From: Minisyncoccia bacterium
Lineage (GTDB): Bacteria > Patescibacteriota > Minisyncoccia > Phycocordibacterales > UBA5272
DNA: 57,086 nt
Direction of reading: 5' to 3'
Assembly (NCBI GenBank): GCA_038256975.1
Contig: JBBSJU010000001.1
Span: 1-57,086 of the forward strand
In this document: positions 18,806-27,542 of the stretch, piece after piece
Layout of the letters: the number at the start of each line of letters is the position of its first letter
Position numbering within the stretch: the stretch's first letter is position 1
Made by a program: the position numbers and the translations under genes
The notes under the pieces: model-generated
Databases searched by the model: none
What the model saw: only the letters and a program-made list of their open reading frames with translations
What the model was told of the DNA's origin: nothing

Positions 18806-19168
18806 ATGACAGTAACAGCAAAAACAGCTACTCCTAAAACAAAAGCGCCAAAAGCAGGCGTGGAAAACAAGCTGCGCATTCGCATTCGAGCCTACGAGCA
18901 CAAGATTCTTGATATGTCTATAAAGCAAATCATGGATGTTGCTGAACGATACGAAGCTCAAGTTCTTGGTCCTGTGCCACTTCCAACAGATATTAAGAAG
19001 TACACCGTAAACCGAGCAACCTTTGTGTACAAAGATGCACGTGAGCAATTCGAAATGCGAATTCACAAGCGAATGCTTGATATCGTAAACCCTTCACAAA
19101 AACTTGTTGAAGCACTTACGAATCTTACACTTCCATCAGGTGTTGATATTGATGTGAAGATGATGTAA
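18806..19168 (+). CDS. rpsJ: 30S ribosomal protein S10 (N-terminal extension)
   Basis: LRIRIRAYEH, GPVPLPT, REQFEMRIHKR. Confidence 0.97.
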   Translation: MTVTAKTATPKTKAPKAGVENKLRIRIRAYEHKILDMSIKQIMDVAERYEAQVLGPVPLPTDIKKYTVNRATFVYKDAREQFEMRIHKRMLDIVNPSQKLVEALTNLTLPSGVDIDVKMM

Positions 19169-19231
19169 GAAGAGACCATTACAAACCTATTAATTCGTAT
19201 GAACCGCCTCCGAGCGGTTCCTCTGCGCTAT

Positions 19232-19843
19232 ATGAAATTCTTACTTACAAAAAAAATGCATATGACACAGTTCTATGATTCTCATGGAACTGCGTTTCCC
19301 GCTACCGTACTCACGGTAGACAACAACCTTGTGACTGCAATTCGAACTGTTGAAAAAAACGGTTACTCCGCAGTCCAAGTTGCTTCGTTTGAAAAACGAA
19401 CAAAAAACACTTCAAAGGCAGCTCTTGGAAATCTTGGAGGCAAAGCCTACGAACGTGTGCAAGAATTTCGAATCGACACTCCAACTATGAATGTTGGTGA
19501 TGTCTTTACTGCTGATACCTTTGCCCCAGGGGAAGTTATCGCAGCAACCGGAGTTTCTAAAGGAAAAGGTTTCCAAGGTGTGGTTAAACGCCATGGATTC
19601 AAAGGAGGGCCTCGATCACACGGACAGAAGCACTCTGAACGTGAGGCGGGTTCTATTGGTGGAGGTGGACGCGCTGGAGGACGTGTAGCGAAAGGTATGC
19701 GTATGGCCGGCCGAATGGGTGGCGATCGAGTCACCATTAAAAACCTTACCGTTCTTGCAACAGACAAAGAAAACGGCGTTATCCTTTTGAAGGGTGCCGT
19801 TCCTGGAAAGCGAGGCGATATTATCGAACTTCGATCACTATAA
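19232..19843 (+). CDS. rplC: 50S ribosomal protein L3
   Basis: SKGKGFQGVVKRHGF, MAGRMG, KGAVPG. Confidence 0.97.
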   Translation: MKFLLTKKMHMTQFYDSHGTAFPATVLTVDNNLVTAIRTVEKNGYSAVQVASFEKRTKNTSKAALGNLGGKAYERVQEFRIDTPTMNVGDVFTADTFAPGEVIAATGVSKGKGFQGVVKRHGFKGGPRSHGQKHSEREAGSIGGGGRAGGRVAKGMRMAGRMGGDRVTIKNLTVLATDKENGVILLKGAVPGKRGDIIELRSL

Positions 19844-19847
19844 TAAT

Positions 19848-20510
19848 ATGGAAAAAACACTATATTCAATAAAAGGAACGAAGGCAGGCAGTATCACACT
19901 CCCAAGCTCTCTTTTCGAAGCAAAATGGAATGCTGACCTTGTGCATCAGGTTATTACTTCTATGGAGTCTAATCAGCGTGCAAATACTGCTCACACACAA
20001 AACCGTGGTGAAGTAGAAGGTTCACGTGCAAAACCATGGAAACAAAAAGGAACAGGACGTGCTCGTCATGGTGACAAGCGTTCCCCAATCTGGAAAGGTG
20101 GAGGTGTAACGCATGGCCCTCGAAATGAACGAAACTACAAGAAGACAATTACTCAGGCAGTGAAGAATGTTGCACTCGCGAGTGTTCTTTCTCGAAAAGT
20201 AAAAGGCGATACCGTGCTTTTCACTGAGAAAGTGAATCTTACTGATGCGAAAACAAAAGACGCTGCAGGTATTCTTGCAACTCTTTCAAAAATCGATGGA
20301 GCAAAAAATATCACACGAAAAGACGCTCGCGTTTGTCTTGTGGTAGCCGAAGCCCCTCGCGCATTGATAAACAGCTTCCGAAATCTTCCACAGATTACTT
20401 TGGTAAGTGCTCGGCAGCTTTCCCCGCAAGATATCGTAATGAGTCGATACGTTATCGTAACTGATGCTGAAGCAGCAGTTGGTGTATTACAAGCTCGAAT
20501 CGAAAAATAA
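19848..20510 (+). CDS. rplD: 50S ribosomal protein L4
   Basis: KPWKQKGTGRARHG..SPIWKGGGVTHGP. Confidence 0.97.
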   Translation: MEKTLYSIKGTKAGSITLPSSLFEAKWNADLVHQVITSMESNQRANTAHTQNRGEVEGSRAKPWKQKGTGRARHGDKRSPIWKGGGVTHGPRNERNYKKTITQAVKNVALASVLSRKVKGDTVLFTEKVNLTDAKTKDAAGILATLSKIDGAKNITRKDARVCLVVAEAPRALINSFRNLPQITLVSARQLSPQDIVMSRYVIVTDAEAAVGVLQARIEK

Positions 20511-20511
20511 T

Positions 20512-20823
20512 ATGGCACGAACAAAAAAAGAAACAAAAGAGGTTGCAGCAACGAATGCGTTGACTCTTATTCCTCGTGTGACAGAAAAAACTTCGATTCT
20601 TACTGACAAATCTGTGTACACATTTGATGTCCCTGTTACTGCAAATAAGCTTGAAATTAAAAAAGCTTTTGTTGCAAAATACAAGAAGAATCCAACAAAG
20701 CTTCACATCGTTCGCATGGCTCCACAGAATGTATTTAAGAGTGGTAAGCGTGGCATGCAATCAGGATACAAAAAAGTAGTCGTGTATCTTAAGAAGGGTG
20801 AGACTATTGCATTTGCAGCATAA
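20512..20823 (+). CDS. rplW: 50S ribosomal protein L23
   Basis: PRVTEKT..YTFDV...ANKLEIKKA...KKVVVYL; operon position. Confidence 0.93.
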   Translation: MARTKKETKEVAATNALTLIPRVTEKTSILTDKSVYTFDVPVTANKLEIKKAFVAKYKKNPTKLHIVRMAPQNVFKSGKRGMQSGYKKVVVYLKKGETIAFAA

Positions 20824-20828
20824 TATCT

Positions 20829-21668
20829 ATGAAAACATATAATCCTGTAACGCCATCACAACGAAATCGAGTATCGGTACCATACCGAAAATACTTAACA
20901 GTGAATGAGCCACACAAGGCTCTCACGACTGGTTTTAGACGTGGATCGGGACGTAATGCGTTTGGTCGCATTACAACTCGCCATAAGGGAGCTGGGCATA
21001 AGCGAAATTACCGAGAGGTAGATTTCGTATACGATAAAAAAGATATTCCTGCTCGTATCGAAACAGTTGAATATGATCCAAACCGATCAGCATTCATCTC
21101 ACTTGTTTGTTACCGAGACGGAGAGCGTCGGTATGTCGTGTCTTCTAAGAACACAAAGGTTGGCACAACGTTCATCGTCTCAGAAACAGCACCACTAACT
21201 TTTGGAAACAGAACAACTCTTAAGAATATTCCCGTAGGTACATTCGTATACAATGTTGAGCTCAAGCCTGGCGCTGGAGCAAAACTTGGCCGATCGGCGG
21301 GAAACTATATTGAAGTAGTGGCGCATGACCTTGGGTATGCATCGCTTAAACTTCCTTCTTCAGAGGTTCGAAAAGTGCCTGATGCATGTTGGGCATCTAT
21401 TGGTGAAGTTTCAAACGACGAATATCGTCTTACGAACCTCGGTAAAGCCGGACGATCTCGATGGCTCGGTATTCGACCGACTGTGCGAGGTTCGGTCATG
21501 AACCCAGTTGATCACCCATACGGTGGTGGTGAAGGACGACAAGGACGTGGAACCCGTCGACCGAAGACCCAATGGGGTAAGGTGACAGGTGGTCGAAAAA
21601 CACGTACTCCAAAGAAATACTCAAACGTTCACATCGTGACGCGTCGAGCAAAGAAATTACGAAAATAA
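20829..21668 (+). CDS. rplB: 50S ribosomal protein L2
   Basis: EYDPNRSA, RPTVRGSVMNPVDHPYGGGEG. Confidence 0.98.
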   Translation: MKTYNPVTPSQRNRVSVPYRKYLTVNEPHKALTTGFRRGSGRNAFGRITTRHKGAGHKRNYREVDFVYDKKDIPARIETVEYDPNRSAFISLVCYRDGERRYVVSSKNTKVGTTFIVSETAPLTFGNRTTLKNIPVGTFVYNVELKPGAGAKLGRSAGNYIEVVAHDLGYASLKLPSSEVRKVPDACWASIGEVSNDEYRLTNLGKAGRSRWLGIRPTVRGSVMNPVDHPYGGGEGRQGRGTRRPKTQWGKVTGGRKTRTPKKYSNVHIVTRRAKKLRK

Positions 21669-21671
21669 CCT

Positions 21672-21700
21672 TTGACGCCTGGGTCTTTGCGTGCTATTCT
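21672..21700 (+). promoter_or_regulatory. Internal promoter upstream of rpsS
   Basis: TTGACG-17 nt-TATTCT with an extended -10 TG in a 70-bp gap. Confidence 0.55.
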
Positions 21701-21738
21701 AGCAAGCAGAGAGCCTGCCTAGGCTCATTTTTCTACTC

Positions 21739-22086
21739 ATGACACGATCACTCAAAAAAGGCCCATTCGTTGACGAACGAGTACTCAATAAAGTACTTGG
21801 CAAACGACCTGAAACTACAGGGCCTATTAAAACATGGATCAGACGAAGCGATATCTCTCCAGAAATGGTTGGGTTCACATTTCAGGTATACAACGGTAAG
21901 AACTTTATCGATGTACTTGTTACTGAAGACATGGTTGGACACAAGCTTGGAGAGTTTTCTCCTACTCGAAAGTTCACCCGTCACGGAGGTAAGATGCAGA
22001 AAGAGCTTGACCAGAAGAAGAAGCAGGCCGAAATAGATTCAGCTAAGACAGCAAAGGCAACAACCGACGCTAAACCTAAGAAATAA
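21739..22086 (+). CDS. rpsS: 30S ribosomal protein S19 (C-terminal extension)
   Basis: [23 protein letters not shown]. Confidence 0.97.
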   Translation: MTRSLKKGPFVDERVLNKVLGKRPETTGPIKTWIRRSDISPEMVGFTFQVYNGKNFIDVLVTEDMVGHKLGEFSPTRKFTRHGGKMQKELDQKKKQAEIDSAKTAKATTDAKPKK

Positions 22087-22089
22087 TCT

Positions 22090-22416
22090 ATGAAAGCTCA
22101 ACTTACAAATTATAGACAAGCTCCACGAAAAGTTCGCCTCGTTGCGGATCTTATTAAAGGGAAAAAAGTATCTGTTGCTCTTGAACAGCTCGCATTTTTA
22201 CCAAAACGTGCTGCTCTTCCAATCGCCCAACTTCTTCGCTCTGCTATTGCAAACGCCAAAAACACAACATCCACTCAAGAGGGAAGTCTCTTTGTAAAGA
22301 ATATTCGTGTTGATGCCGGCACAGTATTGAAACGTATGATGCCTCGAGCACGAGGATCCGGCGCTCAGATATTAAAGCGGTCAAGTACAGTCACCTTAGA
22401 CTTAGAACAAAAATAA
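22090..22416 (+). CDS. rplV: 50S ribosomal protein L22
   Basis: PRKVRLVADLIKG, SAIANA, PRARG. Confidence 0.97.
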   Translation: MKAQLTNYRQAPRKVRLVADLIKGKKVSVALEQLAFLPKRAALPIAQLLRSAIANAKNTTSTQEGSLFVKNIRVDAGTVLKRMMPRARGSGAQILKRSSTVTLDLEQK

Positions 22417-22417
22417 T

Positions 22418-23104
22418 ATGCCACATACAGTACATCCCTACGCACACCGACTTGGTATTCTTCGAGACTGGAGAAGCCGATGGTTTGCCGACACAAAAGA
22501 TTTCAAGACACTCCTTCGAAGTGACGTATTTCTTCGCGAGTATCTTGTAAAGAAACTTCGCACAATGCATGTCTCATCAGTTGAAATTGAGCGTGGTTCA
22601 AAGTCTTCTCGTATTATTATTGCAACTGCACGACCAGGACTCATCATTGGCCGTAGTGGAGAAGGAATGACAAAGATTAAAACAGATCTTGAAAAGTACA
22701 TGAAGCGAATGAAGCTCGGCAAGATTCAGGATTTCAAAATCGATGTTGTTGAAGTTCGAGAACCAGAGGCTGACGCAAAAATTGTTGCCCTCATGGTTGT
22801 TGAAGGTCTTGAAAAACGGTTTCCGTTCCGTCGCGTACTCAAACAGACACTTGAAAAAGTAATGCAGAATCGCAACGTGAAGGGGGCAAAAATCGAAATC
22901 GGTGGACGGCTCGGTGGAGCAGATATGGCTCGAACGGAAAAAGTTCTTAAAGGAAACATTCCGCTTCAGACACTTCGTGCCGATATTGACTTCGCGCGTG
23001 AACGAGCACTTATGACCTACGGTATTATTGGTATCAAGGTTTGGATTTATAAGGGTGAAGTCTTCGAAAAAGACCTTGCACAAAAGAATCAGCCAAAAAA
23101 TTAG
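22418..23104 (+). CDS. rpsC: 30S ribosomal protein S3
   Basis: RPGLIIGRSG, GRLGGADMAR, PLQTLRADID, YGIIGIKVWI. Confidence 0.98.
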   Translation: MPHTVHPYAHRLGILRDWRSRWFADTKDFKTLLRSDVFLREYLVKKLRTMHVSSVEIERGSKSSRIIIATARPGLIIGRSGEGMTKIKTDLEKYMKRMKLGKIQDFKIDVVEVREPEADAKIVALMVVEGLEKRFPFRRVLKQTLEKVMQNRNVKGAKIEIGGRLGGADMARTEKVLKGNIPLQTLRADIDFARERALMTYGIIGIKVWIYKGEVFEKDLAQKNQPKN

Positions 23105-23113
23105 AAAACGAGT

Positions 23114-23536
23114 ATGTTATTTCCTAAAAAAGTAAAATTCAGAAAGTGGCACAGTGACCGAAAGGGCACAGAGAAACTTGTGAAGCCAGAAACTCGCGGA
23201 ACAACACTTGCGTTCGGATCTTTTGGTTTGAAGGCTCAGTCTCAGGCACGAGTATTTTCAAATCAGCTTGAAGCGGCTCGTCGTGCTATGGCACGTGAAC
23301 TTGGTAAAACTGCAAAATCATGGACACGTATTTTCCCTGACCGACCAATTACCGAAAAAGCGGCCGAAGTACCGATGGGTAAAGGTAAAGGTGACCTCAA
23401 GGGCTATTGCTTCGATGTTCGTCCAGGGCGTATGATATTTGAAGTTGATGGCGTAACCCCGGAAGTTGCAAAAGAAGCGCTTCGAAAGGCGGGAACAAAG
23501 TTGCCAGTAAAGACTAAAATAATCGCTCGCGACTAA
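23114..23536 (+). CDS. rplP: 50S ribosomal protein L16
   Basis: [26 protein letters not shown]. Confidence 0.97.
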   Translation: MLFPKKVKFRKWHSDRKGTEKLVKPETRGTTLAFGSFGLKAQSQARVFSNQLEAARRAMARELGKTAKSWTRIFPDRPITEKAAEVPMGKGKGDLKGYCFDVRPGRMIFEVDGVTPEVAKEALRKAGTKLPVKTKIIARD

Positions 23537-23543
23537 AACGTAT

Positions 23544-23792
23544 ATGGAAAAGAAACAATCTACAAAAAAGCAGTTACAGGGAAAGGTGGTATCTAACAAG
23601 ATGCAGAAGACCGTTGTGGTGTCTGTATCTCGATATATCCAACATCCGAAGTACAAAAAGTTCTACACAGTAGACAAAAAACACAAAGCACACGATGAAA
23701 AGGGTGAGTACAAAGTAGGTGATAGGGTTATCATTGAGGAAACTCGACCAATTTCAAAGGACAAACACTTTGTTGTTATTAGTAAAGTTTAA
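23544..23792 (+). CDS. rpsQ: 30S ribosomal protein S17
   Basis: [33 protein letters not shown]. Confidence 0.97.
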   Translation: MEKKQSTKKQLQGKVVSNKMQKTVVVSVSRYIQHPKYKKFYTVDKKHKAHDEKGEYKVGDRVIIEETRPISKDKHFVVISKV

Positions 23793-23809
23793 TACATTAT
23801 AAATAGAGT

Positions 23810-24190
23810 ATGATTCAAGTAGGAACAAATGTAAAAATCGCAGACAACTCAGGAGCAAAATTTGGACGTGTGTTCAAAGTACTCGGGGGATCAAAGCGAC
23901 GATACGCAGAGATTGGTGACCTCGTGATTCTCTCTATCAAGGTTGCTGAACCTCGCAAAGCAACAAAGAAGAAAGATGTTGTCTGTGGAGTTGTGGTGCG
24001 ACAACGCAAACAGTTTCGCCGAAAGGATGGATCATATATCTATTTTGACGAAAATGCTGTTGTGATTGTAGACAAGGCAAAGAAAGATCCAAAAGCAGGT
24101 CGTGTGTTTGGCCCGATTCCAAAAGAATTTTCTGAAAGTACTATTGATGGCTTCAAAAAGATCGCATCACTTGCTCCAGAAGTAATCTAA
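23810..24190 (+). CDS. rplN: 50S ribosomal protein L14
   Basis: MIQ..ADNSGAK, FDENAVV, RVFGPI, SLAPEV. Confidence 0.97.
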   Translation: MIQVGTNVKIADNSGAKFGRVFKVLGGSKRRYAEIGDLVILSIKVAEPRKATKKKDVVCGVVVRQRKQFRRKDGSYIYFDENAVVIVDKAKKDPKAGRVFGPIPKEFSESTIDGFKKIASLAPEVI

Positions 24191-24196
24191 ATCAAT

Positions 24197-24484
24197 ATGA
24201 GTATGCATGTAAAAAAAGGACAAACAGTAGAGGTCATTCGTGGAGCACACAAAGGTAAAACAGGTGTTGTTGCTAAAGCGCTTCCTAAAACAAATCAAGT
24301 TATTTTGGCAGGAGTGAATCTCAAAAAGAAACACGTAAAGCCAACTCGAAATGAGAAAGGAAAGACTATCGAAGTAGCACACCCACTCTCTGTATCTAAT
24401 GTTCGACCAACAGAGAAAGTTGTAAAAACTGCAAAAGCGCCAAAAGCTAAAGTTGCAAAGAAAACAACAAAAAAGGCTGAGTAA
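24197..24484 (+). CDS. rplX: 50S ribosomal protein L24
   Basis: KOW motif KKGQTVEVIRGAHKGKTG, GVNLKKKHVKP, SNV. Confidence 0.95.
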   Translation: MSMHVKKGQTVEVIRGAHKGKTGVVAKALPKTNQVILAGVNLKKKHVKPTRNEKGKTIEVAHPLSVSNVRPTEKVVKTAKAPKAKVAKKTTKKAE

Positions 24485-24500
24485 CTTTATACAAAAAGCT

Positions 24501-24538
24501 AACAAACCCCACACAGAAATGTGTGGGGTTTGTTTTTC
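24501..24538 (+). terminator. Intrinsic terminator after rplX
   Basis: aacaaaccccacac-agaaat-gtgtggggtttgttttt. Confidence 0.85.
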
Positions 24539-24570
24539 CCAAAAAGTATCTTTTTTGATAGGATAGCTTT

Positions 24571-26133
24571 ATGAACGAAACATCACCGGGATTAAATAGA
24601 CAGCATTCTGGGCTTGAGAGTCAGGAAAGAATGAACGAGATTGAAGGGGTAAAAATAACTCTTGAAGCAGCAAGAGAACTCAGGACTTATTTTGAGGGAG
24701 TACATCCAAAAGTAGATCGTCCAAGCGGCAAGGAGTTCCTTACTGTATCTTTTGGGACAGACCGGGATAAAGAGAAAGCAAAAATACTTCTTGACCTTAT
24801 AGATATCTTTCCTTGGGAGAACGAATCGAGAAACAGCCTCACCATGGATTCCAAGTGGGATATCGAAAAACTTGTTCTCATGGGAATTGTCGAATACGGT
24901 TCAAATGATGAAGGATCAGAACATCCAGAACATAAAGATTATGATCTTGACCCACCTATTTTTGGTGGCTTCAAACTAGCTTCTGCTCAGAAAAATCAAA
25001 ATAGAAAAAAAGATGCGGTTGTACTAGATGAGAGTGTAACAATGAAGGTGGAAGATGAAATCACGGGCTCTGTTGACGAGTATATACGAAATGAAGGATT
25101 TTATGATGAATATCTCACAGAGCTTTTATTGAAAGAAACACCGGGCCTGTATACAAACATTGATACAGTAAAAGGTTTTAACTTTCTCCGTAATCAGTCG
25201 CATTATCGGTGGCGGTTAGACAGTGAGGGGAACAAAAGGTTGTTTCGTAAAAAAGACGGACAAGAGATCTCAAAAGAGGAACGTCAGAAAACACTTGCAT
25301 TAGCAAAAGAGGGAGATAAAAATGCAATGAATCAGGCGGTTGAGATGAATGTAGGGCTTGTGTATTTTGTACTTAATAACATGCTTTACCATGGTTTGCG
25401 GGTGAGATCTCTTGAAGATGTTTTACAAGAAGGAATGATTGCTTTACAACGGGCTATTGAATTACATGATAGTAATATCGGGGCATTTAGCACCTATGCT
25501 GTTGTTTGTATTGAGGGTGAAATGAGAACGTTTATTGATGGTGACGATTTGGTGCGTATACCACCTCAAACCCAACAATTACGTTCAAAAATGCGCCGAA
25601 TCGCTGAACGTCAAATGCAAATAGATTCTGAAAATCCAAATATCCGCGATGTTGCAGCCGCTCTCGAATTGGATCCGAAGATAGTTGCCGTACGATTACA
25701 CAACACTCTCTATCATCAGAAACTCGAAGAAATAGAAAAGTATGTAGAAATTCTGGCAGATAATGAGGCGTCTTCTCCAGAAGAGTATGCAGAGCAAGAG
25801 GAGTTAAAGAAGCTCATAAGAGAGGCGATCGGAAGTCTTATGCCGAGACAAAAAGAAGTCTTACGTCGTCGTTTTGGCATTAAAGATGGTGACCAATATG
25901 ATCAGGATCAAAGTTTAGAAAGTGTTGGAAGAGATTTCGATGTATCACGCGAAAGACCTCGTCAGATAGAAGTTGATGCTTTGCGAAAACTACGACACCC
26001 GTTACGTTCGGAAGTTTTAGTCGACCTGATTGACTACAGAGGTGCGCCAAAAGTGGACTACTCTAAAATTCATCCTAACGATATTAATACCACAACTTCT
26101 GCTCTGCATGATCGGGAGCAAATAGAGGATTAG
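24571..26133 (+). CDS. Divergent RpoD/sigma70-family protein with a unique N-terminal half
   Basis: NVGLV, EDVLQEGMIALQRAIE, FSTYA, LVRIP, region 4 LRRRFGI..SLESVGRDFDVSRER.RQIE..ALRKLRHP. Confidence 0.85.
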   Translation: MNETSPGLNRQHSGLESQERMNEIEGVKITLEAARELRTYFEGVHPKVDRPSGKEFLTVSFGTDRDKEKAKILLDLIDIFPWENESRNSLTMDSKWDIEKLVLMGIVEYGSNDEGSEHPEHKDYDLDPPIFGGFKLASAQKNQNRKKDAVVLDESVTMKVEDEITGSVDEYIRNEGFYDEYLTELLLKETPGLYTNIDTVKGFNFLRNQSHYRWRLDSEGNKRLFRKKDGQEISKEERQKTLALAKEGDKNAMNQAVEMNVGLVYFVLNNMLYHGLRVRSLEDVLQEGMIALQRAIELHDSNIGAFSTYAVVCIEGEMRTFIDGDDLVRIPPQTQQLRSKMRRIAERQMQIDSENPNIRDVAAALELDPKIVAVRLHNTLYHQKLEEIEKYVEILADNEASSPEEYAEQEELKKLIREAIGSLMPRQKEVLRRRFGIKDGDQYDQDQSLESVGRDFDVSRERPRQIEVDALRKLRHPLRSEVLVDLIDYRGAPKVDYSKIHPNDINTTTSALHDREQIED

Positions 26134-26359
26134 GGATTTTTAAATACTTCACAACTAGACTTCCGATATGCGCACATAAAATTTTTCTGAATTTTTGCTC
26201 ATTCTATTGAATTGAATGAGCCGACCGGGTCACGCTCGGTTATCCATCTGCGCGAGGCACAGTAGAAATTCGTTTGCTTCATAACTAAAATATTGACACG
26301 CATACATTTCCATAGTACGAATTAGAATAGCTCGCGCGGTGCGGGTATGGAGAGTCAGA

Positions 26360-26623
26360 ATGGCTTATATTGTTTTTTGGGAAGCTGAGAGTCGAATTGA
26401 TGATTCTAGGGACTCTTTCGGTGTAACATTCCACCATTCCTTACAGTCTGTTGAGGGGTGGAAAAAGGATCCCGAGGGCAATTTTTCCAGGTTGCCTGGC
26501 GTGGAAATACCAGGCTTTTTGGTCATCGAATTCGTTGGTCAAAGGGAGCTTGTTGACCCTGATCCCGAATTGCTTCAAAGGGTCAAGGAGGAAGTTTTTT
26601 TTGATCCAAAGTATCAATGGTAA
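26360..26623 (+). CDS. Hypothetical protein (87 aa)
   Basis: ATG with ggag SD; followed by a terminator-like hairpin at about 26643-26670. Confidence 0.5.
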   Translation: MAYIVFWEAESRIDDSRDSFGVTFHHSLQSVEGWKKDPEGNFSRLPGVEIPGFLVIEFVGQRELVDPDPELLQRVKEEVFFDPKYQW

Positions 26624-26804
26624 AGTGGGGCCCGCAGAAACAAGAAGCCTGTTTCGGTGGGCTTTTTGTTATTTTTACATTTTATAAATCTGTGCTACAG
26701 TATGGAAACTTCGTAGAAAAGTAACACTTTTTACAAGCTTATTTATTTTAATCCAATGCGACGTATATCTTCCGTAAAAAGAAGACAATCGTGCATTATG
26801 CAAT

Positions 26805-27347
26805 ATGCAAACAATTAAAGAACGACAAGACGCTTCATATTCAATTTTACAAAAAGAGTTCGGATATAAAGCAAAGTTACAAGCTCCTCGAATCTTAAAG
26901 GTAAGTATCTCCGCAGCGACAGGTACAAAGATGAAGGCTGACCGACATAAGAACGACTTTATCATCGACCGTCTTTCAAAGATTGCCGGACAAAAACCAG
27001 TAACTCGTCAGGCAAAACAATCTGTTGCGGCATTCAAAATCCGCCAAGGTGATCCAATTGGTGTTATGGTAACGCTCCGTGGTGCTCGTATGTATGCATT
27101 CCTCGACAAACTTCTTACTGTTGCAATCCCTCGAACAAAAGACTTCCGAGGACTCAAGAAAGAAGCAATCGATGTGATGGGCAACATGACAATCGGTATC
27201 AAAGAGCACACCATTTTCCCAGAAATTAAAGACGAAGAATTGAAGGACGTATTCGGCTTTGCAATTACTATCGTAACAACGGCAAAATCAAAGAAAGAGG
27301 CGACTCGATTTTTCGAACTTCTCCAGATTCCTTTCAAGAAAGACTAA
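26805..27347 (+). CDS. rplE: 50S ribosomal protein L5
   Basis: IAGQKP, FKIRQGDPIGVMVTLRG, IPRTKDFRG, EHTIFPEI. Confidence 0.97.
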   Translation: MQTIKERQDASYSILQKEFGYKAKLQAPRILKVSISAATGTKMKADRHKNDFIIDRLSKIAGQKPVTRQAKQSVAAFKIRQGDPIGVMVTLRGARMYAFLDKLLTVAIPRTKDFRGLKKEAIDVMGNMTIGIKEHTIFPEIKDEELKDVFGFAITIVTTAKSKKEATRFFELLQIPFKKD

Positions 27348-27451
27348 GTCTCTCTTGGCGCATCTTCCACTTATAAGTAGTTTTTCTTTGCCAAACCTTC
27401 CCTCACTCAAAGAAAAACTCTTATTCGTTCTAGATATGCAAGATATTTAAT

Positions 27452-27490
27452 ATACACAAAAACCACTCATTTTGAGTGGTTTTTGTGTAT
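27452..27490. terminator. Intrinsic terminator after rplE
   Basis: atacacaaaaaccactca-ttt-tgagtggtttttgtgtat. Confidence 0.85.
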
Positions 27491-27542
27491 TACCGTCACG
27501 GAAAGGGTATAAAGGCGTTATAATAAATACATCTATCCTTAT

